From Octopus vulgaris (Eukaryota): 64,000 bases of DNA. The notes under the pieces were generated by a model. That model was not told where the DNA came from, ran no database searches, and was given only the letters and a program-made list of their open reading frames with translations. Position 1 is the stretch's first letter, and each line of letters starts with the position of its first letter. The position numbers and the translations under genes were made by a program. The DNA is taken from positions 17,856,001 through 17,920,000 of the forward strand of contig OX597817.1 of NCBI GenBank assembly GCA_951406725.2. The letters are read 5' to 3'. This document shows, one piece after another, positions 51,375 to 64,000 of this stretch.

Positions 51375-52537
51375 TTATAGCAAAAAAAAAAAAATTGGCT
51401 CGAAAATGCTGTGCATTGGGACTGAACTCGAAACCACGGGGTTGCGATGCTAGCTTCTTAACCACACTGCCATATCTGGTTTTCATTACTTTTCCTGTCT
51501 TCAAGTCTGGCTTGGAATATTTTTCCAAATCATATTTCATACAAATTTCCCCACTGATCCGTCCGCCTTGTTTAGCTAGGTTTGCAGATATTTGTCATCT
51601 GTAGCATTACATCTTGAGATCAACCATATACGCAGGAAATGAATAAATGTTATCCAATATCGCTCGATTCCGATTTAAATCAAAATTGATAACGTTAAGC
51701 AGAATAAGAATGGAGAGAAGATCTCTTGGAGTATTTCTTTCCTGATAGGGATCGGTTTCTAAACATGAGAAGTCATGGTAGTCATGCTTTTCCTAACACT
51801 AGTATTACTGTGAAATTCAAGAACTGGAGACAAGAGACGAAAAAATAAATGAATGGGAAATTAGGAAGAAGAGAAAGAAAAACCCGGTGTAAGAAATGAA
51901 AAAAAACGGAAGAGGCGACAGAAGAAAAAAAATGTGACTTTTTTATTGCATACTGCTGTGCATACCTTGATGTAATAGCGTTTTATTAAAGCAGGGTGTC
52001 TTGTGGTAAAATATTAAAATAAATAAATAAAGTTAGTACAGAATGAAGGAGATAAAACAGATGTTTGAAAAGCAAAATACAACTGCAGAATGGATAGAGA
52101 GTTGGGAGAAGGGGAGAGGGTACGAGACGTGTGATGAATGATTAGGTAAGGAATAAGATTATTTGTTCATAGTTGAGTTGGTGCATCGTTGGTGTTCAAG
52201 CCCCACGAAACGTTATGCTTTCAGTCAGTTTTTAAAGAAATTCTTAAGTACAAAAGAGCAGAAACAAAACAGTTTGCCTGAATGAGAACAGTTGAGACTT
52301 TTGGAGAAAAAAAGCATTACTCTTGTGTTAATTAAAAACAACAAATTGTGGGTGGGAATACTCTACATTTTTTTCCAGAGTGTGGTTAATTAATTAAGCA
52401 GAACGCACTAGCTTTCGTTGAGGTGAAATATAAAAGGCGTCATACTGTCATGAACGTAAGCGCATAATATGAAATGTTATTATATGTGTGAGATTTGTAT
52501 CTTGTGCATTTATTCTCACAAATAAACACACACGGAC

Positions 52538-53390
<853 letters not shown>

Positions 53391-55382
53391 TACTTGCTAA
53401 TATTAACACGGATTCCGCTTTGCCAAATTCTTCTGGTACACTTGTTGCAGATTTGCAAATAATTTTGATCTAAACTATTTTGATTGCTACATATGTTTTG
53501 TTGCAAGTAAAATTACGGCATGAATTCATACAGACAACCTCTCTACTGCCAGTAACATCATATTTAATATATAATACGATGTTTTTTTTACAAATCCTTT
53601 CTCTCACAAACTTAGTGTATATGATACACATATATATGCACTCATATATATGCACGCATATACACGTATAGGCACAAATACACGCATACATAAACAAACA
53701 AAAAATCAGGTGCATCTTGATCCGTCGTCCAGTCTTGAGTGCAAACATGCGTATGAAATCCCTACACGGCCGGCCTAGCAACACAACCTGGCATCTTAGA
53801 TGACTTTAGAGGAGTCCATTCTGTTGTAAGCATTCGGATCACATTTCCAGTTTAAGGATCTCTTCTTTCTTCGCTTGGAGGCCCCGTGAAGGTTCATGGA
53901 CACTGCCTTCGCTCTTGATTCAAAAATAAATAAAAATAAAGAAAAGCATATACACATTCTAACATCCATATGCACACATGCTTAAACATTTTTTTTATCT
54001 CAATTCTCAACTCCATGTGCAAGGGGCCTTCCAGTTGCTGTTGTTCTTATTGCAAGAATTACAAAATTATTAAAATTTATTCCAGAGTAGAGAGAAAGAA
54101 AAATATAATGAAAAGGGAGAGAGCAAAAAGAAAAGAAAGATAAAGTAGAGTAACAAAATGTAACTTTTAAATGTGCAAAACTCCCCAAATACTGAATCAA
54201 GCGATCATCCAGCAAATTCAGAGAAACAGTTGGAATGATAAGATTATAGACGTATCACACATAACTAGAATACTTTAATGCATTAACCGCGTTGGAATTG
54301 GCAAGCTTATTTCCCCAAATCCCGTACTTGTTGCATAATATGTCATTTAATTAAGCAGTGTTTAATTGGTACTTATTTTATCGACCCCGGCCGCATTTAA
54401 ACTCAGAACGAAAAGATGGACGAAATACCGCTAAGCATTTTGCCCGGCGCGCTAACGATTCTTGCAGTTCGGCGTTTTACTAAGATGAAATATTGGTTTC
54501 AAATTTTGGCACAAGACTACAATTTCGGGGGTGGGGTTAAGTCGATTACATCGATCCCAGTTTCAATTGGGTCCTACTTATTTTATCGACTCCGGAAGGA
54601 TGAAAGGCAAAGTCGATCTCGGCGGAATTTGAACTCAGAACGTAAAGACGGACGAAATGCCGCTAAACAATTAGCCCAACAGTCTAACGATTCTGCCAGC
54701 TCACAGTCTGACGAAGATGAAATATTAAGCAGTCTTTTGGTGGACTCTAACGTTGAGTGCATCAATTTAAAATCCAAGATTTCCAGCTGTGTGTGTGTGG
54801 GTATACATATATATGTGTGTGTGTGTGTATATACACACGATAAGCTACATTTAGTTTCCGTCTGCTAACTCTACTTAGGAGGCTTTTGGCCGGCCTACGG
54901 CTAAAATTAATTTCTACTAAGTACCAAATGGGTAATGTAGGTACAAGTGGCCTAGCAGCTGCACTAAGCATGGAGGTATTTGATACCATTACTTACACTG
55001 CGCCAATAGCCACTGAAGTTATTTCTTTTGAGTAATGATTTAATATCGAGATCAACGCTTATATCAACGAGTTCATCTTTTAAGCGAGACTTAAATTCCC
55101 CATTTCTAACTCATCAAATGTTAAACTCCAGTCAGCTGCGAACATTATCTCCAAACCCTTGAAACGCACTTTAAAACTTTCTCTTAATTTTACAGTGTTT
55201 TCTGTAAGTCTCCAAGTAACGGTCTGAAATATTTTCATCTTCCCCCCTTCTAATTGCCGTAAATTTATAAAATATTCAAAATTTCTATATGCCTATGTAG
55301 AATTTAAATAAGTTAGAATAAACTTGGAAACATATTAGAGTTGTTCAGGCTTGAATAATTATAACATCTTTACTTTGTAGAC

Positions 55383-55576
55383 CAGTGGTTTTCAACCAGG
55401 GTTCCGCCAGTACAGTCCAGGGGTTCCGCAAGAAGTTACAAAAATCGACAGTAATTTTTAATTCTCCTGTGCAGATATGTGTGCATAAGACAATTAAATT
55501 ATTGCACAGGGGTTCCTCGGAGCCAGTGGAATGTTTCCTTGGGATTCCGCTTCAGCAAAAAGTTTGAAAAGCACTG
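55383..55576. mobile_element. hAT (Charlie-like) MITE
   Basis: Same family as 31045; perfect 8-bp TSD ttgtagac. Confidence 0.88.
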
Positions 55577-55917
55577 TTGTAGACAGTATTTTTACTTTAT
55601 CAAACTTTGAATATTAGTTTGATAAATAGAATTGATGCTTCTTACACTTTTTCAACCTGCCACATAAGGATGGTTCTTAATGGTCATACGAGCTGATAAG
55701 CTTTTGTAAGGTATCACCTCTTGAGAACTATTTGATCTCTTTGTGTAAAAGAAATTCAATAAAAGTTTCATAATTTTTTCGCAGAACTTTGTTATGAAGT
55801 GAGATGTGCTTTAATTTTATTAATTGACTTGATACAAATTTCTAAGCAACCATACGCTTCACAGGTGAGTGTTCCGGCATACAAAATGGTATGTACATAT
55901 TAGGAAAAGTAAATATA

Positions 55918-56270
55918 TCTGTTTCTTTATTGCCCACAAGGGGCTAAACATAGAGGGGACAAACAAGGACAGACAAAAGGATTAAGTCGATTATATCGAC
56001 TCCCAGTGCGTAACTGGTACTTAATTTATCGACCCCGAAAGGATGAAAGGCAAAGTCAACCTCGGCGGAATTTGAACTCAGAACGTAAAGACAGACTAAA
56101 TACCTATTTCTTTATTACCCACAAGGGTCTAAACATAGAGGGGGCAAACAAGGACAGACAAAAGGGATTAAGTCGATTACATCGACCCCAGTGCGTAACT
56201 GGTACTTAATTTATCGACCCCGAAAGGATGAGAGGCAAAGTCGACCTCGGCGGAATTTGAACTCAGAACA
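55918..56270 (-). mobile_element. SINE family B dimer, 5'-truncated
   Basis: Two Nin/Deu-domain units. Confidence 0.85.
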
Positions 56271-56624
56271 TAAATCAAAAACTTTTTCCTTGAGTTTGGC
56301 AGCAGGCAATCATTGCCAAAAAAAAAAAAGAAAAAAAAGAAAAGAAAAAAAAAGAACTCAAAATGGCCGGAGGTAGTCATAATTATGATTTGGTAATTAT
56401 GATTACATCATGTGCAGGCTGAGATATTTTTAATTAAACAAGAATTTATGTTGTATGGTATTTGATGTACCTGTAATAGTCTCTATGTTGTTCAAATACA
56501 TGCTACTGGCTGTCCTGAGTTATTTATAGTAGCTTATTTTTGTTTAATTACCAAGACCATAAATAAGTTCTACTCTTTTTGTACAAGTCTAAGTCTCTTG
56601 GCGATTGAAGAAGGTTGGACGGTT

Positions 56625-56669
56625 GTCCTGCTGACGAGGCATATTGAGTCAGAAACACGTGACCAGGAC
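56625..56669 (+). ncRNA. Minimal type-I hammerhead ribozyme motif (Penelope-like), probably inactive
   Basis: GUCCUG-CUGACGA-GGC AUAUUGA GUC-A-GAAA-CACGUG-AC-CAGGAC: 6-bp stem I, core, palindromic stem III; cleavage triplet reads GAC. Confidence 0.6.
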
Positions 56670-57769
56670 TTCTCTTTTAAGACTTCATTTTCTTAATGGT
56701 ATGTCAATTATGAAGAATTATTGATCCTTGAGGTTATCACCTCTTCTCATATGGAGCTGATCTTAATAGCTATTTGCTAATTACTAATTACGACACATCC
56801 TCTGGAGGCGGAGGAGATAAGTTTTAATAAATCGAGGATTTCTGTTGTATGGTATCTGATATACCTGTATTAGTCTGAACGCGCGTGCGTACATTTGTTC
56901 GGGTGTACATGCACCGATTTCTCTTTTTATAAATCACCACCCGCAATTGCTACCTCTAAAATTACCCCCTTTTTTTTTTTTTCCTGTCTTCAAGTCTGTG
57001 TACTCCCACGTACCACAACACCGACGTTACACACGCAACTCACAACCACTACTACTATATGACATCCCACCGACTTAGTCGCCGCCGCCGCCGCCTCCAC
57101 CGACGACATCACCTTCTACAAACTGCATACCCCCCCTCACTTTCCATGTAAAAAAAAAAAAACTAGTTGACACCACACACGTACACACAGATCCCATCAC
57201 CCCCTCCACCTCCACCTCACCCCCCCTAAAATGGCTGTCCTTCCCCCTCTCCTAGACGTCGCTACCACCAACATAACCATCAACCAAACCATACAGCACC
57301 CTCTCATCACCCATCATCACCCTAACCGTCTGACACACCTCCACAACTTTACCGCGCCACTTCAAACGTCATTCCCCCCCCTCCCAGCAACACCACCATC
57401 ATCTACATTACCCCCCCCCGCCGCCACCACCATCGTCTACATTACCACTTACATCATTAGCTTCGACACTACCTCCCCCCTCCACCCCCGTCTACATTCC
57501 CTCCACATTACAAATATAGTAACCATCAACGCCGCAACCACCACCACTTTCGAAACTCTTTTCTTTATGGCATCCACAACTAAAAATCGACTGCAAATAA
57601 CAAGAAGAATATGTTTTATGTTTAAGCTTTCGTTTCCTTTTTCTTTTGTTTTTCTTTACATATTTATATTTATTTATTTATTTTAATCATCAATACGCCT
57701 GAATGGAATACTTGTTGATACCTCTTTGGCAACCATTCTTGATAGGTACCGTCTGAGAAGTTACAACCA

Positions 57770-57804
<35 letters not shown>

Positions 57805-58539
57805 CACACATAAGCACGTACAAAAGGTATACACATACGTATAGACTGATTTACATACAGACATTTACACGCACGCTCACATATACAGATACAAACAACA
57901 CACATACACATATTTATGCAGATATTCTTGTAGAAACTTTTCCCTCCCCCGCGCACCCCACTCTCTCATTCTATATATATTTATACATACATACATACAT
58001 ACATACATACATACATACATACATACATACATACATAAATATATATATTCACACACACGCGTACATTCACATACATACACACATACATACATACATACAC
58101 TGAAGATTTATACGTAAGATAAAAAAGGAAATACAAAAAAAAGAACACAATAAAAACGGAAAAACAGAAAGTAAACCTCACATGTTTACATCATATGTAC
58201 ACCTACTCACGTGTACACTGATATATATATATTTTCTTTTACCGAATTCGAATCAAAGGGAATAATATAAAAATACTATTCTAAAGTGAAATAAGCTTTA
58301 TAAGATTTTAAAAAAAACAAGTAAAAAAAAACAATTTAATTCATTACAGAAAAAGAAAGACAGTGAAAAATTCAGTAAAATTTTTCTCAAAATTTAAGTT
58401 TCATTGAGAAAAATACTCAACAAAAACAACAACAACAATTAATTGAACAAAGTGTGACAGTAATTTAAACAATAAAAATAACGTCATCTCTCCGACGTTA
58501 TTTCTTGGCGCTGGACCTCATCTTAAAATTTAATCAAAG

Positions 58540-58723
58540 ATGAATAACAAAATTCAGGTTTTTGCAATACCGACGGGATTATTATTTTTAAGTTTATTTA
58601 TCTTTGTCAAAACCCAGACGACCACTGCAGAAGATAATGTAACAAATGAAGAGCAACCTTCGGTTCAGAATAACTCGGACATCGGATTTATCATGCGGAT
58701 TACTGCCCAAGGATTCGATTACG
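58540..58723 (+). CDS. LBP/BPI (TULIP) family protein, first coding exon
   Basis: ATG, hydrophobic signal peptide (GLLFLSLFIFV), then IGFIMRITAQGFDY matching the family N-terminal PG..RIT..GLDY strand; phase-1 donor G|gtatag right after the Tyr codon, as in vertebrate LBP/BPI exon 1; no downstream exon recognised in the window. Confidence 0.8.
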
Positions 58724-59329
58724 GTATAGTCCATTTCTTTCTTCCTTTCTATCTTTCTTTCTTTCTTTCTTTCTTTGATTCTTTCTTTCTTTTACCTTTC
58801 CTTTTTTTTTTCTCTAAAGCGAACCTTAAAGTTTTGTTTTTTAAAAGGGTGGTGTTTTAACGTATCAAATGACTGAAAAAAATATTTCATAAACTGACAT
58901 TTGTTGCACAATGCTTGTTTCCAAAATAAAAACTGAAAATATAATAGTTTAAATAAACATTTTTTAAACAAACAAGCGATTACAAAAGTAGATGTTTTTT
59001 CCCCCCTTAACTGAATCAACAACTGTTGAAAAGATAATTTGTCAAAGGTATTAAACGTTCCTCTTTAACAATCTTCTCTTTCTGGTAAGAGCTAGCCACC
59101 TTTAGATCTTGTAGTTAGAACTTAAGGTTTACTTTTAAAAAGAATGCTATTATATTTTATAGCAGCCATTGAACCTCTAATTCGATTTTAATTCTCCATC
59201 ACAGATAGTTTTCACTTCATTTGTACGGAAGTAATGTCGAATACAAGCGGTTAGAATGGGGTTCCTCCGAACGGTCTCTGGAGTAACGTTACTCGATAGC
59301 TTGCATAGCTCGGAGATCAGAGAGTTCAT

Positions 59330-59610
59330 CCAAATTGAGATGTTACTTTTCCGATGAGAGGTCACAGTTTCGGTGCTACGGACATGTGGTCACAATGCTG
59401 CAGGAAAGGATTGCAAGATAGATTCTTCAAGCTGAGCCAACTGGTAGGAGACCTAGGGGTAGATTAAAAGCGAAATGGTTGGATAACATCCATAACCTCA
59501 GTTGCACACGCATGGGAATCCAGCAAGAAGGTTTAATGACGGCTGTTTCTGACAAGACCTTATGGAGGAGGTGCCTGAGAACTCTACCTCTACAACTCTC
59601 CCAGGAATAA
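59330..59610 (+). pseudogene. Degenerate RTE-like LINE C-terminal fragment
   Basis: RPRGR..AKWLDNI...DKTLWR motifs. Confidence 0.55.
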
Positions 59611-61105
59611 TGGGCAGCGAAAATTAATGGGTGGGAAAAATGCCATAAAAGACATAATTTCTAACTACCTCTTCACAAATGCCATAGACTCTAATCATCC
59701 TTCGTGAGATAATTTCCCAGAAAAACCAAGTAATTCACGGTTTAATACAACTACCGAAAGCAGTTAAAATAGTTTCTTTTGTCAATGGGCACAAGTTCCC
59801 AACATTATTAGGAGGTCTTAGCGATATACATGAGATTAAATGATTTCAAACTGGAATCTTAAACTATTCTGCAAAGTCGATGACTCACTGGAGTGTTTAC
59901 ATATTGAATTCATTTGACTTGGCTCAAACGCTTTTGTTTTATTTTGGTGGGTGGTGGTGATGATAGTGCAGGTATGAGAAATTGATAAACCTATGTGCGT
60001 GTCTTTCCAAAGAACAATCAGCAGTGCTCGATAACTGAAAGAATCATCGCAGAATCGGATTGTTGTGAGTCTAAGTATTGTTGTATATTACCCTTGCCAC
60101 TGACCAACAACACTGTTTCGAATCAGCAAGGAACATCTATATAATTCTAACCTGGGATTAAACAACAATAGATTTTCATAAAACTAAACGGAATTGATTT
60201 TGAAAGATAGGAAATTGGCAGTTGTAGCATTCATTCCTTTTCAGTGAATTGAAAGGTTTGTAAGTCGGACTCACATCGCCATGACCTTATTTCTTGTTCG
60301 ATCATCCTTGACTAAGATGAATATTGGTTGCTGTTAGTTATTATTTGAGTGCCAAACGGCTTAACAGTTATCTTGGCGAATCCAGACTGCATCCCAGTTT
60401 TGATCCACACTGAGAGGCTCTGAACCTTTCATTTCCCGTCTCTATGAAGATAAAGGTTACAAAGTTCAAGAGGTTCGCTGTTTAATTTCGCTGTCGGGTT
60501 AATCGAAAAATTGCCCTTCTATGTACGACCACCCCATCCAAGAAGATAAGATAGCTGTATGAAAGGGAAATTTCCCAGAGAGCTTTGGATCCTTTCTCAA
60601 GCTATGTAAAATAAATCAAGGCATTGAGGAACACTACAATTTGAGTCTACTTTCATTATCAAGTAGCTGCATAATTGAATACTTTCAGTTTTTAAATATA
60701 AATATTATGTAGTGACATGTTTACGTCTACCTTGCAGCAATGAATATATTTGAAACGAAATTAGGAAATAATCGATACGGAGAATCAATCTATAAATATA
60801 TAATATTTAAACATTAAAGATTAAATTAACAAATCATTACAACTGAAAAGTCACGCTGGATACTACTCGGAAATATGAAATGGAATTTTGTCAAATGCAT
60901 CAACAGAAATTCAGCTAAAATGTCAAAAAGCAGTGTAGAATAAATGCCTATCTTGAGTTTTATTTTGCATTTCTACCAATTTGGTATTGTATCTTCTCTT
61001 ATAACAAAATCAACAAAGTTGGGAGTATATGTGACTATTTGATGATAAAACGCTTTTTGGTTTTTGAAAGCTCTCGAAGTGAAACATATTACAAGCATTA
61101 TTACT

Positions 61106-61506
61106 CTTTACTCTTTTACTTGTTTCAGTCATTTGACTGCGGCCATGCTGGAGCACCACCTTTTTAGTCGAGCAAATCGACCCCAGGACTTATTCTTTGT
61201 AAGCCTAGTACTTATTCTATCGGTCTCTTTTGCCGAACCGCTAAGTTACGGGGACGTAAACACACCACCATCGGTTGTCAAGCGATGTTGGGGGACAAAC
61301 ACAGACACACACACACACACACATATATATACATATATATACGATGGGTTTCTTTCAGTTTCCGTCTACCAAATCCACTCACAAGGCATTGGTCGGCCCG
61401 AGGCTATAGTAGAAGACACTTGCCCAAGGTGCCACGCAGTGGGACTGAACCCGGAACCATGTGGTTGGTAAGCAAGCTACCTACCACACAGCCACTCCTA
61501 CGCCTA
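61106..61506 (-). mobile_element. SINE family A flanked by a 160-bp direct repeat
   Basis: Flanks 60946-61105 and 61502-61661 are nearly identical. Confidence 0.92.
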
Positions 61507-61650
61507 TCTTGAGTTTTATTTTGCATTTCTACCAATTTGGTATTGTATCTTCTCTTATAACAAAATCAACAAAGTTGAGAGTATTTGTGACTATTTGATG
61601 ATAAAACGCTTTTTGGTTTTTGAAAGCTCTCGAAGTGAAACATATTACAA

Positions 61651-61830
61651 GCATAATTACTGCGGCTTGTTTTCAACAAATTTTATTCAATAAAAACAAT
61701 AACAACATGTAACAGAAGCATCTACTTCAATTACTGCTTCCCATTTGCTTGGCAGACGATCAGACCGTCATTGTTTTTGTTGAATAAAATGTGTTGCTAA
61801 AAAGCCGCAATAATTATGCACCAACCCAAT
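61651..61830 (-). mobile_element. mariner-derived MITE (internal deletion derivative)
   Basis: Minus-strand TIR ttgggttggtgcataattattgcggc; residual DRLPSKWEAVIEVD C-terminal coding piece; other TIR truncated. Confidence 0.7.
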
Positions 61831-61902
61831 ATTTTTGAAGAAAAGTATTTGTTTGTTAATCATTCTAATTTACTTTTATTAACATTTGATACACTTATTA
61901 CT

Positions 61903-62319
61903 ATAGGCGCAGGAGTGGCTGTGTGGTAAGTACCTCGCTAACCAACCACATGGTTCCGGGTTCAGTCCCACTGCATGGCATCTTGGGCAAGTGTCTTCTG
62001 CTAAAGCCCCGGGCTGACCAATGCCTTGTGAGTGGATTTGGTAGACGGAAACTGAAAGAAGCCTGTCGTATATATGTATATATATATATATATGTGTCTG
62101 TATGTGTTTGTGTGTCTGTGTTTGTCCGTCCCCCTAGCATTGCTTGACGACCGATGCTGGTGTGTTTAGGTCCCCGTTACTTAGCGGTTCGGCAAAAAGA
62201 GACCGATAGAATAAGTACTGGGCTTACAAAGAATAAGTCCCGGGGTCGATTTGCTCGACTAAAGGCGGTGCTCCAGCATGGCCGCAGTCAAATGACTGAA
62301 ACAAGTAAAAGAGTAAAAG
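61903..62319 (+). mobile_element. SINE family A
   Basis: Family consensus. Confidence 0.9.
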
Positions 62320-63262
62320 CGTTAGGTAATTAATTTCCTCTTTCAAGTTTGTGGTCTTGTGCAAATATGTATGACATCTTTTTTAGTAACGAATTTTTAC
62401 TTCTCTATTTCCGGCATACCTTATTTACAAGGTCTTTCTGTCTTCGCTTGCTTACAGAAGCTTTAAGAGATTCGTTCTTCTAACCATCCGTTTCACTAGA
62501 TTCATTTATTTTTCTAAGAGATCTTTTACCTTTACTACTGAACAATCTTGTACAGTAGCAACAGTATTTCACTGTTTTTCTTTTTTTAATGCAAACACGA
62601 AACAAACCAAAAGAAAAAACAAAACCTTACTTGTTATAATAGGTCTCTAGAACCACGCTACTTAGCAAGGAATGAAAACAAGCTATGGTTAAAAATAGCT
62701 GAAAATAGAGAAGTGAATACGTCTGTAATAAAGATATTAGACATTACTATCAAATGGCAAATTTATCGGAGGAAATTAACTACTTAGTCCATAAAATATG
62801 AATGAAGAGAGAGAAGATACCGGAAAGAAAAAAAGCGCCAGTGATATGGAGGTAAAATATGAATTGCTTGTATTCCACATAAGATAGCCAAGCTTTGGAA
62901 GGAATGGCTGAGACAGAAGCAATAAAATATAATTTTCAGTAATTGATTGCGATGTTTGCAGCTGTCCTCTATATAATAATTACAAAAACAAAAAAAGTCA
63001 AATGTTGGTCGCTAGATCAGTTCATGGCGATCGATTTCATCCTTCAAGCATTATGTGACTAGTGTTGTCCTTCCTTTTGGTCATCAAAGTTTTCCCCTGT
63101 TGTATCAGGTCCACTTAATCGGGAAAAATGAACTACTAAATGCTGTCTACATACGTCACGTTAAATCAGAGTACTGTTAAATAACACTCTGCGATTATTG
63201 AAGTTGTTGGTTACTTCCAAGTCGACCAAGATCAAGAAGACTTGCGATCGGAAGCGTTCTAT

Positions 63263-63486
63263 GGCGATCTTTCGTCTCTAGTAGACCTTTCCGTCGATTT
63301 CCGTAAAAATTTTTTTTTTTTACATATGGGCTTGCGGGAACATTTGAAGTAATATACATACATATACACATACACCGAGTAAAAAATTTCAGTTATCTCT
63401 TTCTTTCACACATTACTCTGTCTCTTCACACACACTAACAGAAGCACTTCACTTACACAACATACTGTCTGTCTCCCACATCCCAT

Positions 63487-63522
<36 letters not shown>

Positions 63523-63695
63523 CATCAATGCTTCACATGCACGGTAACTTCAAAAGAACTTCCCTCGTCATACAATCGCTTTCTCTAAGTCTCTTTCGCT
63601 CTCATTACTTCAAAAGTTCCCGCAAGCCCATATGTAAAAAAAAATTTTTTTTTACGGAAATCGACGGAAAGGTCTACTAGAGAAGAAAGATTGCC
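63263..63695. mobile_element. Second Merlin-like MITE family (GGC(G/A)ATCTTT termini, ~90-bp TIR)
   Basis: Near-perfect TIRs 63263-63353 / 63605-63695; perfect 8-bp TSD cgttctat. Confidence 0.88.
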
Positions 63696-64000
63696 CGTTC
63701 TATCTATTCTCCCCTCTCTTTATTTACCTATATCCGTTCCATTTCACTTTTTAAAGATACTCGAGTGTAGTTTAAGGTACAGGCTGTCTGCTATCTCTAG
63801 CAAATCGAACAACAACGCAAAGGCTCCTCTCTTGGCTGGCTTGTCATTGTTGAAGTTATATCCACTAGTAGCTGATGTCTTGATTGATAGACGTGACCCA
63901 TGGCTGGGGTAAAACGTAAGAAACATTTAAAACAGCAAAAACAATTAGTAGCCGTTAAGTGCCTTTTTGACAGTTTTTGATCAAAAGCAGGTAGGTCACC

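Noticed and set aside
53700-53920. Non-repeat GC-richer patch as a possible minus-strand exon
   Set aside because: No convincing open frame, donor site or recognisable homology
57231-57686. 151-aa Pro/Thr-rich ORF
   Set aside because: Product of C-rich low-complexity DNA, with no domain or splice support
63691-63926. ORFs near the window end as LBP/BPI exon 2
   Set aside because: No resemblance to the expected BPI helix/IPD motif and no phase-compatible acceptor identified

Overview
AT-rich, repeat-dense eukaryotic genomic DNA; the SINE, MITE and microsatellite repertoire suggests a cephalopod (Octopus-like) genome (inference). Two protein-coding genes are supported on the + strand. One is the last three coding exons of NDUFS7 (complex I PSST subunit: 1571-1750, 3460-3595, 16183-16280, with a 12.6-kb last intron). 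The other is the first coding exon of an LBP/BPI-family gene (58540-58723). The rest is mostly transposon debris: tRNA-head SINEs (a CORE-like family and a Nin/Deu-domain family that occurs as multimers), RTE/CR1/R4-like LINE fragments, mariner/maT relics, a non-autonomous Helitron, and Merlin-like, hAT, piggyBac and Tc-type MITEs with readable target-site duplications (TSDs). The most unusual observations are SINEs flanked by 100-160 bp direct repeats, chimeric multimeric SINEs (one with a captured piece of local DNA), a ~500-bp-arm inverted repeat and a possible nested antisense transcript in the NDUFS7 intron, a Merlin-like MITE family with foldback forms and TTAGGG repeats, and two degenerate Penelope-type hammerhead motifs. 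No CRISPR array or prokaryotic system is present. All family assignments are by eye, without database searches.
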